Origin: Nitrospirota bacterium
Lineage (GTDB): Bacteria > Nitrospirota > Nitrospiria > Nitrospirales > Nitrospiraceae
Direction: 5' to 3'
DNA: 64,000 nt
Assembly (NCBI GenBank): GCA_963701855.1
Contig: CAVPBK010000001.1
Span: 128,001 to 192,000 of the forward strand
Part shown: positions 51,217 through 61,947 of the stretch, in pieces
Layout: each line of letters starts with the position of its first letter
Numbering within the stretch: position 1 is the stretch's first letter
Notes under the pieces: generated by a model
Told to the model about the DNA's origin: nothing
Database searches by the model: none
The model's input: only the letters and a program-made list of their open reading frames with translations
Translations under genes and position numbers: made by a program

Positions 51217-52326
51217 TCATCCCAGTTGGTTCTCCGAGGCGCAGGCTTTGCTGTACAATTCAACTCGGTTCCGCCCTCTGTGCTTGGCGTAATACATGGC
51301 CTGATCCGCGCGAGTCACGAGTGTCTCGACCTGATCGATTTCCGGAGATAACATCACGACCCCGATACTGACCGTTACCACGGTGGAATGATGCTCCCAC
51401 GTAAACTGCTCCTGTGCGATTTTTAACCTAATGCGCTCGGCAATCTGCAGGGCGCCGGATTGATAGCACTCCACCAATCCAATCACAAACTCCTCACCCC
51501 CGTAGCGGCCCATGATATCGGGCGGACGGATGATTCCCCTGGCCAACTGCACTATATGGAGCAACACGTGATCGCCGAACAGATGCCCATGCCGGTCATT
51601 GATCTCTTTGAAGTGATCCACATCGAGAAACAACAGCGCGAACGGGCGCTCATAACGGCGGCTCCTGTGAAACTCCATGGCCAGCGCCTCCATCAGTGCG
51701 CGCCGGTTGTCCACCGGCGTAAGAGCGTCCCGTCGGGAGAAGTCTTCAAGCTGCCGATGGGCGTCCTTCAGTCGATGCAGGCTGTCTTCCAAACGCTGCA
51801 TCGTCGCATAGTAATAGGTCTCCACGACAAAGATCTCATCGAGGGTGAGGATCTTGTTCAGCGTGAGGACCAATGAGGACAGCCTGCTCGCGTCTCCCGA
51901 ATAACGAACCGCGAGCCGTTGCAGGATGAACCCGAAGAGCTTGTGGTACGCGCCCAAATACCACTTCTGCTTGAGTCCGACTCGTTCGTGAGTGAGTCCA
52001 ATCTGAAGCCGTGCCTCCGCATACGCGACGCCATCGCCGAGTTCCCCAAGGCTGAGTAAATACTGGCGCTGTGTCCCCTTGAGTCGCTCCACGAGTTTCG
52101 CATCGGACAAGATCCCGCGTAATTCCTCGAATTGCAGCAAGTGATCGTAGAAGTCCCGGATGATCTCGTCCACATGTGACACGATCACATCGCGGATCTC
52201 GACAAGGTTCCGCCCGTCTTGTTCACCAAAGGAAAGAAATGCCAGCCTGGTCTGCAGCTCCTCCCCTGTGATCTGCAGTTGATCGCACAGACTGCTCGCC
52301 GCCTGCTCGCCCTGTTGTTCAGCCAT
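51217..52326 (-). CDS. Globin-coupled diguanylate cyclase (DosC-like)
   Basis: Protoglobin sensor (FYDHL, IGLTHERVGL, WYLGAY) plus GGEEF domain with RPPD I-site. Confidence 0.92.
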   Translation of the reverse strand: MAEQQGEQAASSLCDQLQITGEELQTRLAFLSFGEQDGRNLVEIRDVIVSHVDEIIRDFYDHLLQFEELRGILSDAKLVERLKGTQRQYLLSLGELGDGVAYAEARLQIGLTHERVGLKQKWYLGAYHKLFGFILQRLAVRYSGDASRLSSLVLTLNKILTLDEIFVVETYYYATMQRLEDSLHRLKDAHRQLEDFSRRDALTPVDNRRALMEALAMEFHRSRRYERPFALLFLDVDHFKEINDRHGHLFGDHVLLHIVQLARGIIRPPDIMGRYGGEEFVIGLVECYQSGALQIAERIRLKIAQEQFTWEHHSTVVTVSIGVVMLSPEIDQVETLVTRADQAMYYAKHRGRNRVELYSKACASENQLG

Positions 52327-52384
52327 ATGGACTTTCACTCGCACGACGCGCAAGCCCTAATTCCATGTGTCTCGTGTTTCCCGT

Positions 52385-52858
52385 TTAACGCTCCGCCGAG
52401 AATCGATATAAATCATGGCATCCTGTGCAGCGGGCCGTCATGCTGGAGAGGCGCTGGAGAATCTGTTGGGGGGTCTCTTTCTGGACAATCGCATCTGCGA
52501 GGGCATCCATGTCCTTGTGGATCGACATACCCATTTGCTTGAACGGCAGCGGCAGCTTCGCCATGAGCGCCGGGTTTACGTCAGCAGCCATGTGCATTCC
52601 AGCCGAACGGGCCGCCTGTTCAATCTGCGCTCGATTTGCCTCCTGATCCTGGCCGGCCAAGCCTGTGACCACGCCATGAACCGCCTTCAGGAGCATCCGC
52701 ATCTCGCCCAAGATCAAGTCTCGCTCTGCCGGCGCCAATACGACTTGCATCCGTCCATCTGTGCCTTCCGTCGTCCACCCTTGCACGAAGAACCAGCCGG
52801 CTAGCGCAATCGTCACGATCCACAGCCCCAACACGACTCGGCAGAGCGTCGATCTCAT
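52385..52858 (-). CDS. Class II (c'-like) membrane-anchored cytochrome c
   Basis: N-terminal TM; C-terminal CTGCH. Confidence 0.82.
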   Translation of the reverse strand: MRSTLCRVVLGLWIVTIALAGWFFVQGWTTEGTDGRMQVVLAPAERDLILGEMRMLLKAVHGVVTGLAGQDQEANRAQIEQAARSAGMHMAADVNPALMAKLPLPFKQMGMSIHKDMDALADAIVQKETPQQILQRLSSMTARCTGCHDLYRFSAER

Positions 52859-53235
52859 CGAAGCCCGCTGCCCATGCCGCCGGTTTGTTCAGGAGCCAGA
52901 GTTCTCACATAGGCGAGCACATCCCAAATCTCATCGTCTGTGAGTGCTTCCCTCCAGGCTCCCATCGCAGTATTCTGCCTGCCGTCATGCACGCTCTTAA
53001 ATAGCCTCGCGTCCAGCTTTTCTTGAACCGCCAGGGAGGTGAGGTCAGCGACTGGAGGTGTGAATTTCATCTGCCCATCTCCCTTCCCGTCGACCCCATG
53101 ACAACGGATACAGATCGTCGAATAGATGACTCTGCCGCTGAGCACATCACGCTCCGGCTGAGACACATTCAATTCTTTCATGCTTGCGCCTCCGGCTAAC
53201 GCCAAAAGCGCAACTCCGACAAGTACAGCTTTCAT
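52855..53235 (-). CDS. Monohaem cytochrome c
   Basis: GGAGG RBS; CIRCH; TAMGAW. Confidence 0.9.
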   Translation of the reverse strand: MKAVLVGVALLALAGGASMKELNVSQPERDVLSGRVIYSTICIRCHGVDGKGDGQMKFTPPVADLTSLAVQEKLDARLFKSVHDGRQNTAMGAWREALTDDEIWDVLAYVRTLAPEQTGGMGSGLR

Positions 53236-53651
53236 CGTGTCGCCTCCCACCCTTCTTATCCGATGACTATCCTTGCGAGTGAGATGCCAGCCAGGCGTGG
53301 AAATGGGCGAGGCTAAACCTCCGCACAAACAATGCGTTAGAAGCGGGAACTCGGAGGCGACACCGACAGATCCGTCGCAAGTGGCGAGAAAGACCCCGAT
53401 CGAGTATCTGGTCACTGTCGCAAGACGCCACAGAAGAAAGGCACTGCCACGCTGCGGAAAACCAATTTAGACAGGGCAGAACATCGATGGCTTGCACGTC
53501 TGGGACAAGCCCGGTCTGTCTGGTTCAACCAAATAAACGAGACAAACCAGAGAAACCAGATGAACCGGGTTAAGCTTTCAGTGACAACTCAAAAGGGGTT
53601 GGCTATACTGCTAAAGCGATTGCAGCCCCCGAACTGAGAGGTGACAGATCC

Positions 53652-53876
53652 ATGGCGAACAACAGCTATACGGCAATTGTTGAAAAAGAAGGCGACCTAT
53701 ATGTGGCGCTCTGCCCAGAATTAGACGTGGCCAGCCAGGGAGCGACAATTGAAGGGGCAACATCCAATCTCAAGGAAGCGGTCGAATTGTTCCTTGAAAC
53801 CGCTGACGCGGCGGAAATAAAACATCGGCTTCATACCGAAGTGTTCATCACACGCTTCGAAGCGGCGCATGGGTAA
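53652..53876 (+). CDS. hicB: HicB-family antitoxin
   Basis: YTAIVEKEGDLYVALCPELDVASQGATIE...NLKEAVELFLE. Confidence 0.9.
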   Translation: MANNSYTAIVEKEGDLYVALCPELDVASQGATIEGATSNLKEAVELFLETADAAEIKHRLHTEVFITRFEAAHG

Positions 53877-54090
53877 ACTGCGCGTTCTTTCCGGTCGAGA
53901 TGCCTGCCGGATTCTTGAAAAACACGGCTTTCGCGAGGTCAGGCGACGCGGTAGTCATGTGGTGATGCAGCAGAGAACCGACGCGGGGACCGTCACAGTC
54001 CCGATTCCTGATCACCCGGAACTCGCCATCGGCACACTCCTTTCGATCATCCGGCAGAGCGGCATCACCCGCACAGAATTCGAGCTCTGA
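53869..54090 (+). CDS. hicA: HicA-family toxin
   Basis: LEKHGF...RRRGSHVVM...VPIPDHPELAIGTLLSIIRQSG. Confidence 0.92.
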   Translation: MGKLRVLSGRDACRILEKHGFREVRRRGSHVVMQQRTDAGTVTVPIPDHPELAIGTLLSIIRQSGITRTEFEL

Positions 54091-54194
54091 CACCCGACCG
54101 ATCCCCTCCCCGCCATATCGGCTTCCGCACGTAAACGAGATCTGGCCCCGATTCCGAGCGGTGCCTGTCCCCCTTCTTGTTCCACGGCTGTTAA

Positions 54195-54286
54195 GCCAGC
54201 TTCGGAAGATGGCCGCTAAGCAAGGGAAGCCCTATCAGTCACTGATTCATGAACTCTCAGAAAAGGCCGCCTCCAAAGCCGCGTGA
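54195..54286 (+). pseudogene. C-terminal remnant of a CopG/BrnA-type antitoxin
   Basis: Manual translation QLRKMAAKQGKPYQSLIHELSEKAASKAA*; no start visible. Confidence 0.55.
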
Positions 54287-54690
54287 GAGCATCTTGCCCG
54301 CAGTCATTCATTGTTCTCGTTCATCTGGTTCATTTGGTTTCTTTGGTTCGCCTAGTGGGCTTGCCGGTCCGGCCAACAAGATAGACCAGAACCCACCAAC
54401 CACGTCTCGCATCGAAGCCCTGGTCGCTCTCGCGTGAACGTAAAGATGCGAGGTCAAGCAAAGACCCCAGTGCTTGCCTTCGATGGGAAGGATAAGCCGT
54501 ATATCAATCCGTGCAAATACTTGGATTTCACCATTCTGCTGAGTTGACACCCGCAAGTAGCAGGTCGTAGCCTGCTTTTGTTTCACTCCTCATTTATTAC
54601 TTCTTGCAGATTCAGTCAAAGATGCGAAAGTTATGCTAATTAGAAAAATGCATAAGCGATGTTGGTTAGCAGGGGGACGGGGACAATGAT

Positions 54691-57600
54691 ATGTGGGACG
54701 TAGGCTGGGTCAGACTGTTTCAACCTCTTATCTCTGTGGTGCGGGCAGCCGCGCAATACAAAACACGCCTGTCTAGGGAGCGACAAGCGGGACGTAGGTT
54801 GTTTGAATCGCATGAAGACAAGCTGATTGACGCTGAGTTCGATAAGACGATCGCTCGTCTGAGAGGAGAGGAAGTAGAAGATCGTTGGCTGAGTCAGATT
54901 CGGACATTCATTGAGCACCCACTCGTTACCCCTCAATTCCTTCGTGAACAAGATATAAGAGATTGGCTCGCTGAAGATCGTGTTCGTTGCGATTTGAAGG
55001 CATTGGCGTCTGCTCGCCTCTTAGGTGTTGTTGAAGATGATAACAATGTGAAACAGCGGCTTATCCAAGCCCATTCAAGTATTTCAGGTAAGCCCAAGGC
55101 ATTCGCCGTTGAAGCAATCGACAGCGTAGTGGCGATCCTTGTCGCTGGCTACAGGGCTAGCCTCAAGGGACCGTTGGCTCCCGTAGCAGGGCTGATCCAG
55201 GCAGGTGTCACAGAGCAGAGAGAGGGATTCGGAAGAGTGAGTCAGGAAATCTCTGGTGTTGGCGAGAGGCTCGATAAGCTTGGCCCAGACAACATAGTAG
55301 TAACAGCCCATACGAATCAAGCCACAAGAGAGCTAGACCGTATTATCAAGAGGCGTGGGCTTTTCGGTGATCGCGCACGTGAAGAAATTCGCGTGCTAGT
55401 TCAGCAAATCGTGAAGGACGACCTCCGTTACGCGGATCAAGGATCAAACAAAACCTCTCCTGGGCGGCACGGCTTCACACTGCTGATGTTCAACATATCC
55501 CATCTGCAAGAAGCTACCTCGGTCAACTCCGCAAGCTTGATCCTGGATATGACACTCGAATTGTCAACGCATACATCATGGAAAGGGAAGGCGATATTAA
55601 TGGGGCGCTGCATCTGTTGCGAGATATCAATGATCCTGATGGGCATTCTGCTCTTTGGTCAGTCCTAAGTCGGACACGCGGTAAAGAGGCTGCGCTGCTT
55701 TCGTTTGAGGAGCAACCAGGGCATGAAGATGCTGGATTCCTAACTGGCTTAGGATGGTCAAACTTGGCATTTTCACTGGCCGAGATGGATGAGTGGGAGA
55801 AAGCATGTGATTTACTCGCAGGTGTTCAGGGGCATTTAGTTGAATGGCCAGACCTCGCATTTGTCGAAGGGGTTATCAACGCGGCCATGCTACTTCCGCT
55901 CGAGGTGCGGGATATGGCTCTTCGAATGAATATCTTTCACCCACAAATACATACGATCAAAGGGCCTGACGTAGACCAGCGACGGGTTCGTGCCCATAGT
56001 TGTTTTGAGCAAGCCGAAAAACTCATGACCGAGATCGGCGAGGATAAACGGGCAGAGGTAGCGAAAGTCTGGTTGTTGTGGCTCAGACTCACGGACGAGA
56101 AAGAAGAGATTGCAGAGGCAGCGCGGGGGGAGTGCGAGAGGCCATGAAAGATCCTGCACGGGCTGTTGATTTTCTGCCTTTCGCCCTTGCATTCGGAGTT
56201 GATTTTGATAGGGGCCCACTCCAGCGTTACCTTATACAGCGGACGAAGATGGGTGGTTTGGAGGGACAGGAGGTTGTTGCCGAATTCCTTTTGGCCGAAA
56301 CCACTATGACTGCCCGCGAGCACGCGAATTTTCTAGAGCGAGAAGAGGGTCGCCTGGCCATGGAAGTTCCAATAGCGACTCTTGCGGGGAAAAGAATTGA
56401 GGCGCTGCTAGCAGATGGGCAGATTGCCCGATCAAAGCATGTGTTGGAAGAGCACAAGAGTGACTTCGCTGAAAATGACTACGATCGTCTTCGTGCCATG
56501 ATCCATAAGAAAGAGGGGGGAGATCTCAGAACCACATTTGAAGAGATTTATTCACGGACTGGACTATTGTTCGACTTGCAGAATCTCATTCAAGAAATTG
56601 GACAGGGTCGGGATTGGGTAACATTATGTCCGTTGTTAGAAAAGCTGTTCCAGCTTGAACGAACCAGGGACAACGCGAGTCGGCTTGTCGATTGCATGCA
56701 GCGTGATCCAAAGTCCGGATATGCTTCTATCGTTACATTCTTCCAAGAAAACCCGGGTGTGTCCGATTGGGGTGACGATCTCAAGTCCGCCAACGCATGG
56801 GCACTTTTCTATATGGGTCGGTCAATAGAAGCTCGGGTAATAAATGACCAGCTTCTCAATACCCGAAACAATCCAGCTGATCTTCAGCTCGATATGAATC
56901 TTGCCATTCAGTCGGGAGACTGGGAGCGATTCCCAGCGATCGTCGATCGTGAATGGGACAAGCGAGATACATATGATGCCAATCTACTACTTCGCCTAGC
57001 GTTGTTAGCTGCTGAAGCTGATCCAATCACTAGTAGCCAGCAATCGAGCTTGCCAAGCTCGCGGCAAGCAAGGCACCGAATGATCCAAGCGTGCTCATGA
57101 ATGCCTATTCGCTCACTGTTTCAATGGGGCGAGACCATGACGCAGATCCATCATGGATGGCTCGAGCGGTAGAGTTGTCCTCGGACAGTGGTCCGGTCCA
57201 TCGAGTGGACATGCGTACTCTTGTTCAGGAGATGATGCCTGCCCACCGTGAGCGTGAACGATTAATCGAGCGCAACTTACTCCAAGGGGAGGTGCCTCTG
57301 CATATGGCGGCAGCCGTGCTCCATATGCCACTGTCGCGGATACTCATTGACCTACCACGGCGGAATGCGGAACAGGGTGATGGCCGCCGCCGTGTGATTA
57401 TTCCGATAGTTTCAGGGGCGCGACAGATCATCGGACTTCAACCGTCCTGGGTAGTGGGGCTAGATGTCACCTCCCTAATGGTGCTGGGATTTTTGGGCCT
57501 CCTCCGAAACATCCTGAAAGCTTTCAACTGTATTATTCTTGCCCCTGAGACCATGGTTGTTCTTCTCAACGAACGGCGACGTGTGCGCTTTCATCAACCA

Positions 57601-58997
57601 TCGCGCATCAACAGCGCTGAAGAGATTCGTGATCTCATTGAAAAAGGTCAGCTAAGGCCTGTGACGTCATCTATGGAACCACCACCGTGGCTTGTCGAGG
57701 AGGTGGGGCCGCACCTTGCTGAAATGCTTGAAGCTCGCCCATATCAATAATGGCCGCGTAGTTCGTCCTCGTCCTATATACCAATTGCGCACATTTCTTG
57801 AGAAAGAAGCTGACCTGAAGGATTATGACAAACTAATTTTGTCGACCACGGACTGTAGGACGCCTTCTTGTTGAGGACAGGGAAAATTAGTCGTGAGATA
57901 TATGTGAAGGCTGAGGAAGTATCTGGTTGCACACGAGCAAAGGCCAGGAAGTCAACACGCTTCACAGCTTGCTTCCATTTTCGGCGCTCCTCCTAATATC
58001 TCGATGACCTCGCCGCTACATACCTACAGCAAGCTGGGCTCCTCGCAGTCGGTGTGTCGTTGCGGTGTTAGATCTTTGGGTCCATCCATCCATGAGAGAA
58101 GAGCAGTCTGCTCTTGTGGTCGCGAACAGAGAGGGTGAGCGTCTTAATGAAAAAATAGACGACATTCGGTCTGTACTACGAGAAGCCCTAGACAATAGTA
58201 AGGCCGTTTTTCTGCCGCGACATGATGTCGATGATGAGATGATCGGATCTCTGTCAGGATTTCTTGCCGACACTGGACCGTGCGATATTGTCTGCATCGA
58301 TGACCGATACCTGAATCGCCATGGTCTCCTCACAGACAAAAAGGGACGCAATGTGCCGATCACATGCACTCTGGATCTAATTAGTTACCTGGAAGCTCAG
58401 GGATTAATAGATGTCGAGAAGAAACGTGCGACCTTGCATCGACTCCGGGAGGCGGGCTTCGCTCTGGTACCGGTAGACCCTGATGAGCTTGAGCAATTGT
58501 TGCGGGCAGCACTATTTGATCAGGACAACCAATTGATCGAAAGTTCCGAGCTAAGGGCTATCCGACAGCTCCTTATGCGCATTCGCAGCTCGGATATGGT
58601 CCAGTGCCCACTTGAGACACCCTATCTCACCAGGCTACATCTTGCTTGTATCCTCACAATTCGCTCCCTATGGCAAGACGATAATATGCCTGTAGATCGG
58701 ACAGTGGCTCTTACCAACTGGGTTTGGGTAAACGTGGTACCTTCACCAATTGACTGGGAGCGAACAGTTCACGACGGCATTCCAGTTCGAGAACAATATG
58801 TCAGGCACCTGACCCCCCTGTTCAGTCCCATGGGACGCCTAAAACCAACGCGCTATAAGGCATTCTTAAAATGGATTGAGCAAGCTGTGTTGGAGCCATT
58901 GTTGCCAGCCAATGATAGCTTGATTGACGATCTGGCCAAGCAACTAAAGATTGAAATCGGCCAGTTAGTCGAGAGGTTGAGTGATGGGAGTAGATAG
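54691..58997 (+). pseudogene. Large (~1400 aa) helical/TPR-like protein with C-terminal PIN-like regions, broken by at least 6 frameshifts
   Basis: Consecutive overlapping + strand ORFs. PIN-like segments VGLDVTSLMVL..LGLL, YLDDLAATYLQQAGLL (out of track near 57998) and VCIDDRYL. Confidence 0.7.
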
Positions 58998-60900
58998 AGC
59001 CCTGATCGCTAGACATTTGTGTGATCTTTTGCCGTCGCAACTCCAAGCGCGAGTATTAGGAGATCATGCTTTCATATCTCAGTATGGTCCGCTCTCGCGG
59101 ACGATTGTGACCATCGGCGCTGGTATTTCCATTGATCAACTTGAGCTACTTGCTGCTGTGCGTCGTGTGCTTGCTGGCAAGGGCAATCAAAGTGTGAACG
59201 ATGTCTCTGCTCGTCAGCTCCTCGTTACGGCTGATCGTCACACTGTCACTCTAAAGGGGGTGGAGCAGAAAGAGCTGAACCAGATAGCTGATCTTCCCGA
59301 CCTTATGGTTCTTTCGCCCAACCGTGATCACCGGATGTTCGCACTAAATCGTGTGATCGACAATCTTGGCCCAACAACTCCTGACTTTTCCGCATTGCAG
59401 ATGGCAGCTGAGGAGCGTGAACTCACTGACGCGGAAATTGCAGATCTATTAGAAGAGATCAGTACTGGACTCGAAGCTCACCGAGCAAGAATCGCGTTGG
59501 CGCACACCTCAGACCAAATCCAGCTCGACGATATCGTGCCAGATTCCCTTGCTTATTTTGAACGTTTCTGTGGACCGAACCCACGTAACGCTATACCAGA
59601 GGAGTACCTGACTGGGATATTGCCTGCATACAGGCGACAATTGCTAGGCAGAAATATTGCGCGAGGGCTGGAGATCTGCCTGCTTGGTGCTCTGCGGGAC
59701 GATCTTATGCCAGCTGCTTGGACTGGCGAGATAAATGATGACGACATATGGAAGGCACTAGAGACAATCGATACGCGGGCTAACCCATTTATGCTTCTTG
59801 GTGTACTAGATATCGCGATCACTCGTCAGCATGACGAGCGATACAAGACATTGGCAGCCGAGACGATGAGAAAACTTGTGCAGGAGCAATTGCCCCGTCC
59901 AGATGGTGTTGACTGCTATGAGATCCTCCCTCTGTTTGCACAGCTTGTCTTGGACCGCATTAACGTACTTGAAGACGGAGCCTTGTGTGAACCATTTTGG
60001 AAACGGATGTGTGCATGGATGCATGCTGGCTTACTAATGCAGTCAACTCTGCATATACAGATCAAATTGGAAGCGTTGCGCGGATGGGTTCACTCTAATC
60101 GAGATATGGCTGGAACCTATGCTCAGATGATTGATCTGCATCGTGAGCCGATGTATCGAGCAGGGGAAATCTCACATTCCCTACTTCGAGAAGAAATCAT
60201 AGGTAGGCTCGTGATACTCAGGGTTAGACACCAGGCCGCTGGTCGCTCGGTACCACACTCTGAGGATGTTGACGCGGCTATGACACGCCTTGCCAGCAAG
60301 GGCTCCCCGCTAGGCTGGGCAATGCCAGGACCTCTAGATGGGCATCGTAGGCCAGCTGATCAGAAGGGGCGTGCCCTGTCAGAAACCGATGTTAGCCATG
60401 TTATGAAAGAGCTTTCAAAGGATCCTTATGGTGCAATCTGGTCCAAGTTGGCATACTTTTCTCAATGTTTTGACCTCGGTGAGAAGATCCTGGAACGGGC
60501 ATGTGAGGCAAGTGCAAGTACAGCCTTGGATGTTGAGCAGTCGGAGAGAGAGAACAAACTCGGTCGGCTTTTCGATATCTGTCTTATAGCTGCAGCCCAC
60601 CGGAATAAAGATTTGGCGCGCTCAATCTCCGCCGCGGCCCTAGCGAGAGCACCGCGGGCAGTAGATGGAAGTTCGGCAATGTCGATCCTTCATATCCTTT
60701 TACTCGCCAGCGCAGCATTTGAGCATGAGGACGAGTGGTCCTCATGGATTGGAGAACAACTCGTAGGTCTTGCTTACAATCTACCGTCAGGTGAAGCAAC
60801 TAGAGTCCTTCGGGAACATTTGAACGAAATCAAGAGAGTCCTACCGATTAGCTCACCAGTCTGTTCACGCGCAGACGCAGTGGCATCAGCAGCAAATTGA
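58981..60900 (+). CDS. Hypothetical 639-aa protein coupled to the TPR/PIN gene
   Basis: Intact long ORF overlapping the upstream stop; no recognised motif. Confidence 0.8.
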   Translation: MMGVDRALIARHLCDLLPSQLQARVLGDHAFISQYGPLSRTIVTIGAGISIDQLELLAAVRRVLAGKGNQSVNDVSARQLLVTADRHTVTLKGVEQKELNQIADLPDLMVLSPNRDHRMFALNRVIDNLGPTTPDFSALQMAAEERELTDAEIADLLEEISTGLEAHRARIALAHTSDQIQLDDIVPDSLAYFERFCGPNPRNAIPEEYLTGILPAYRRQLLGRNIARGLEICLLGALRDDLMPAAWTGEINDDDIWKALETIDTRANPFMLLGVLDIAITRQHDERYKTLAAETMRKLVQEQLPRPDGVDCYEILPLFAQLVLDRINVLEDGALCEPFWKRMCAWMHAGLLMQSTLHIQIKLEALRGWVHSNRDMAGTYAQMIDLHREPMYRAGEISHSLLREEIIGRLVILRVRHQAAGRSVPHSEDVDAAMTRLASKGSPLGWAMPGPLDGHRRPADQKGRALSETDVSHVMKELSKDPYGAIWSKLAYFSQCFDLGEKILERACEASASTALDVEQSERENKLGRLFDICLIAAAHRNKDLARSISAAALARAPRAVDGSSAMSILHILLLASAAFEHEDEWSSWIGEQLVGLAYNLPSGEATRVLREHLNEIKRVLPISSPVCSRADAVASAAN

Positions 60901-61403
60901 GAGAAAGAAGCGCTGTCAGGAAATGTTTTCGACTCATTCAAACGGCGTCCACCAAATATATGAAGAAGATCTCACGAAATTTCCCTATTCTTAATGGTCC
61001 TTCAAAAACTGTATTAGTGGACATTGCACAGCAAGGATCAGACGGGGCAGGTGTAAATGCTACCTACTACCGTGCTCAGCATGATGAATACTTAGATCTC
61101 TTGGATAAACTTGAAAGGGTGGGGTTCTTACGGAAAGAGCTGGATAGATATTGGGTGACTTTTCAGGGGCTAATCCTACTCAAGGATGAGAAGTCCTATG
61201 CTCTCATTAGGAACTGCGAAAACATATTTGCGGTGCTCCAACAGCACTACAAATCTAAGCCAAAAACTAAGATACTGGTTGCGGACCTCGCGGGCATAGC
61301 CAAGCTATCTTTTGGTCAAACTGCTGAATGTTTGGGGTATATGTGTGAATTCCATTTTACGGGTAGCCATACTACTTTTTTTGACGATCCCGCCACCTCG
61401 TTT

Positions 61404-61947
61404 AATGAAGCTCCCCGCAGCAAGCTGCGGGGTATCACAGAACTAAAACATCCGGAGCTGACGAAGATCTTCCTGCGGCTGCCCTTGCCGCTGCACGTAC
61501 CGTTCGACAGTCTGCCAGTTTGCCCGTTCCCCTACCGTGGCCACGTAGTACCCATCGGTCCCAAACTCCCCGCCCCACAGTACCCGCTTCACCGCGGGCT
61601 TTCGGCGAAAGATCTCCCGCGCCGTGATGCTCTTGAATATCTGCACAATCCGGCCTGGAGCCACTTTCGGATGTGCACTGCAGAGCAGATGGATATGATT
61701 CTTGTCCGTCCCGATCGCCTCCATCTCGATCGGAAACCGTTCCGCGATCTCGGCCGCCGTCTCCTGGATAATCGTCGTCACCACCTCATCCAACAGCGAT
61801 TTCCGGTATTTCACGGGAAAAACAATATGGTAGTGGATTTGCCACGCACAGTGCGCTCCCTTTCTGACTGCCTCGCTCCTCTGGTCCGCCATACTCCAGA
61901 GGGTACCAGAAAAGATTGTCCCCGTAGCAAGCTACGGGGAATCACAA
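61404..61947 (-). mobile_element. IS200/IS605-family element (tnpA only)
   Basis: Subterminal hairpins CCCCGCAGCAAGCTGCGGGG and CCCCGTAGCAAGCTACGGGG; no TSD; removal restores the host reading frame. Confidence 0.9.
61443..61892 (-). CDS. tnpA: IS200 Y1 HUH transposase
   Basis: YHIVFPVKYR, HUH motif NHIHLL, catalytic Tyr in RYVQRQ. Confidence 0.94.
   Translation of the reverse strand: MADQRSEAVRKGAHCAWQIHYHIVFPVKYRKSLLDEVVTTIIQETAAEIAERFPIEMEAIGTDKNHIHLLCSAHPKVAPGRIVQIFKSITAREIFRRKPAVKRVLWGGEFGTDGYYVATVGERANWQTVERYVQRQGQPQEDLRQLRMF

Noticed and set aside
53500..54450. Integron cassette array around hicBA
   Set aside because: No integrase and no attC-like RYYYAAC...GTTRRRY structure that I could verify.
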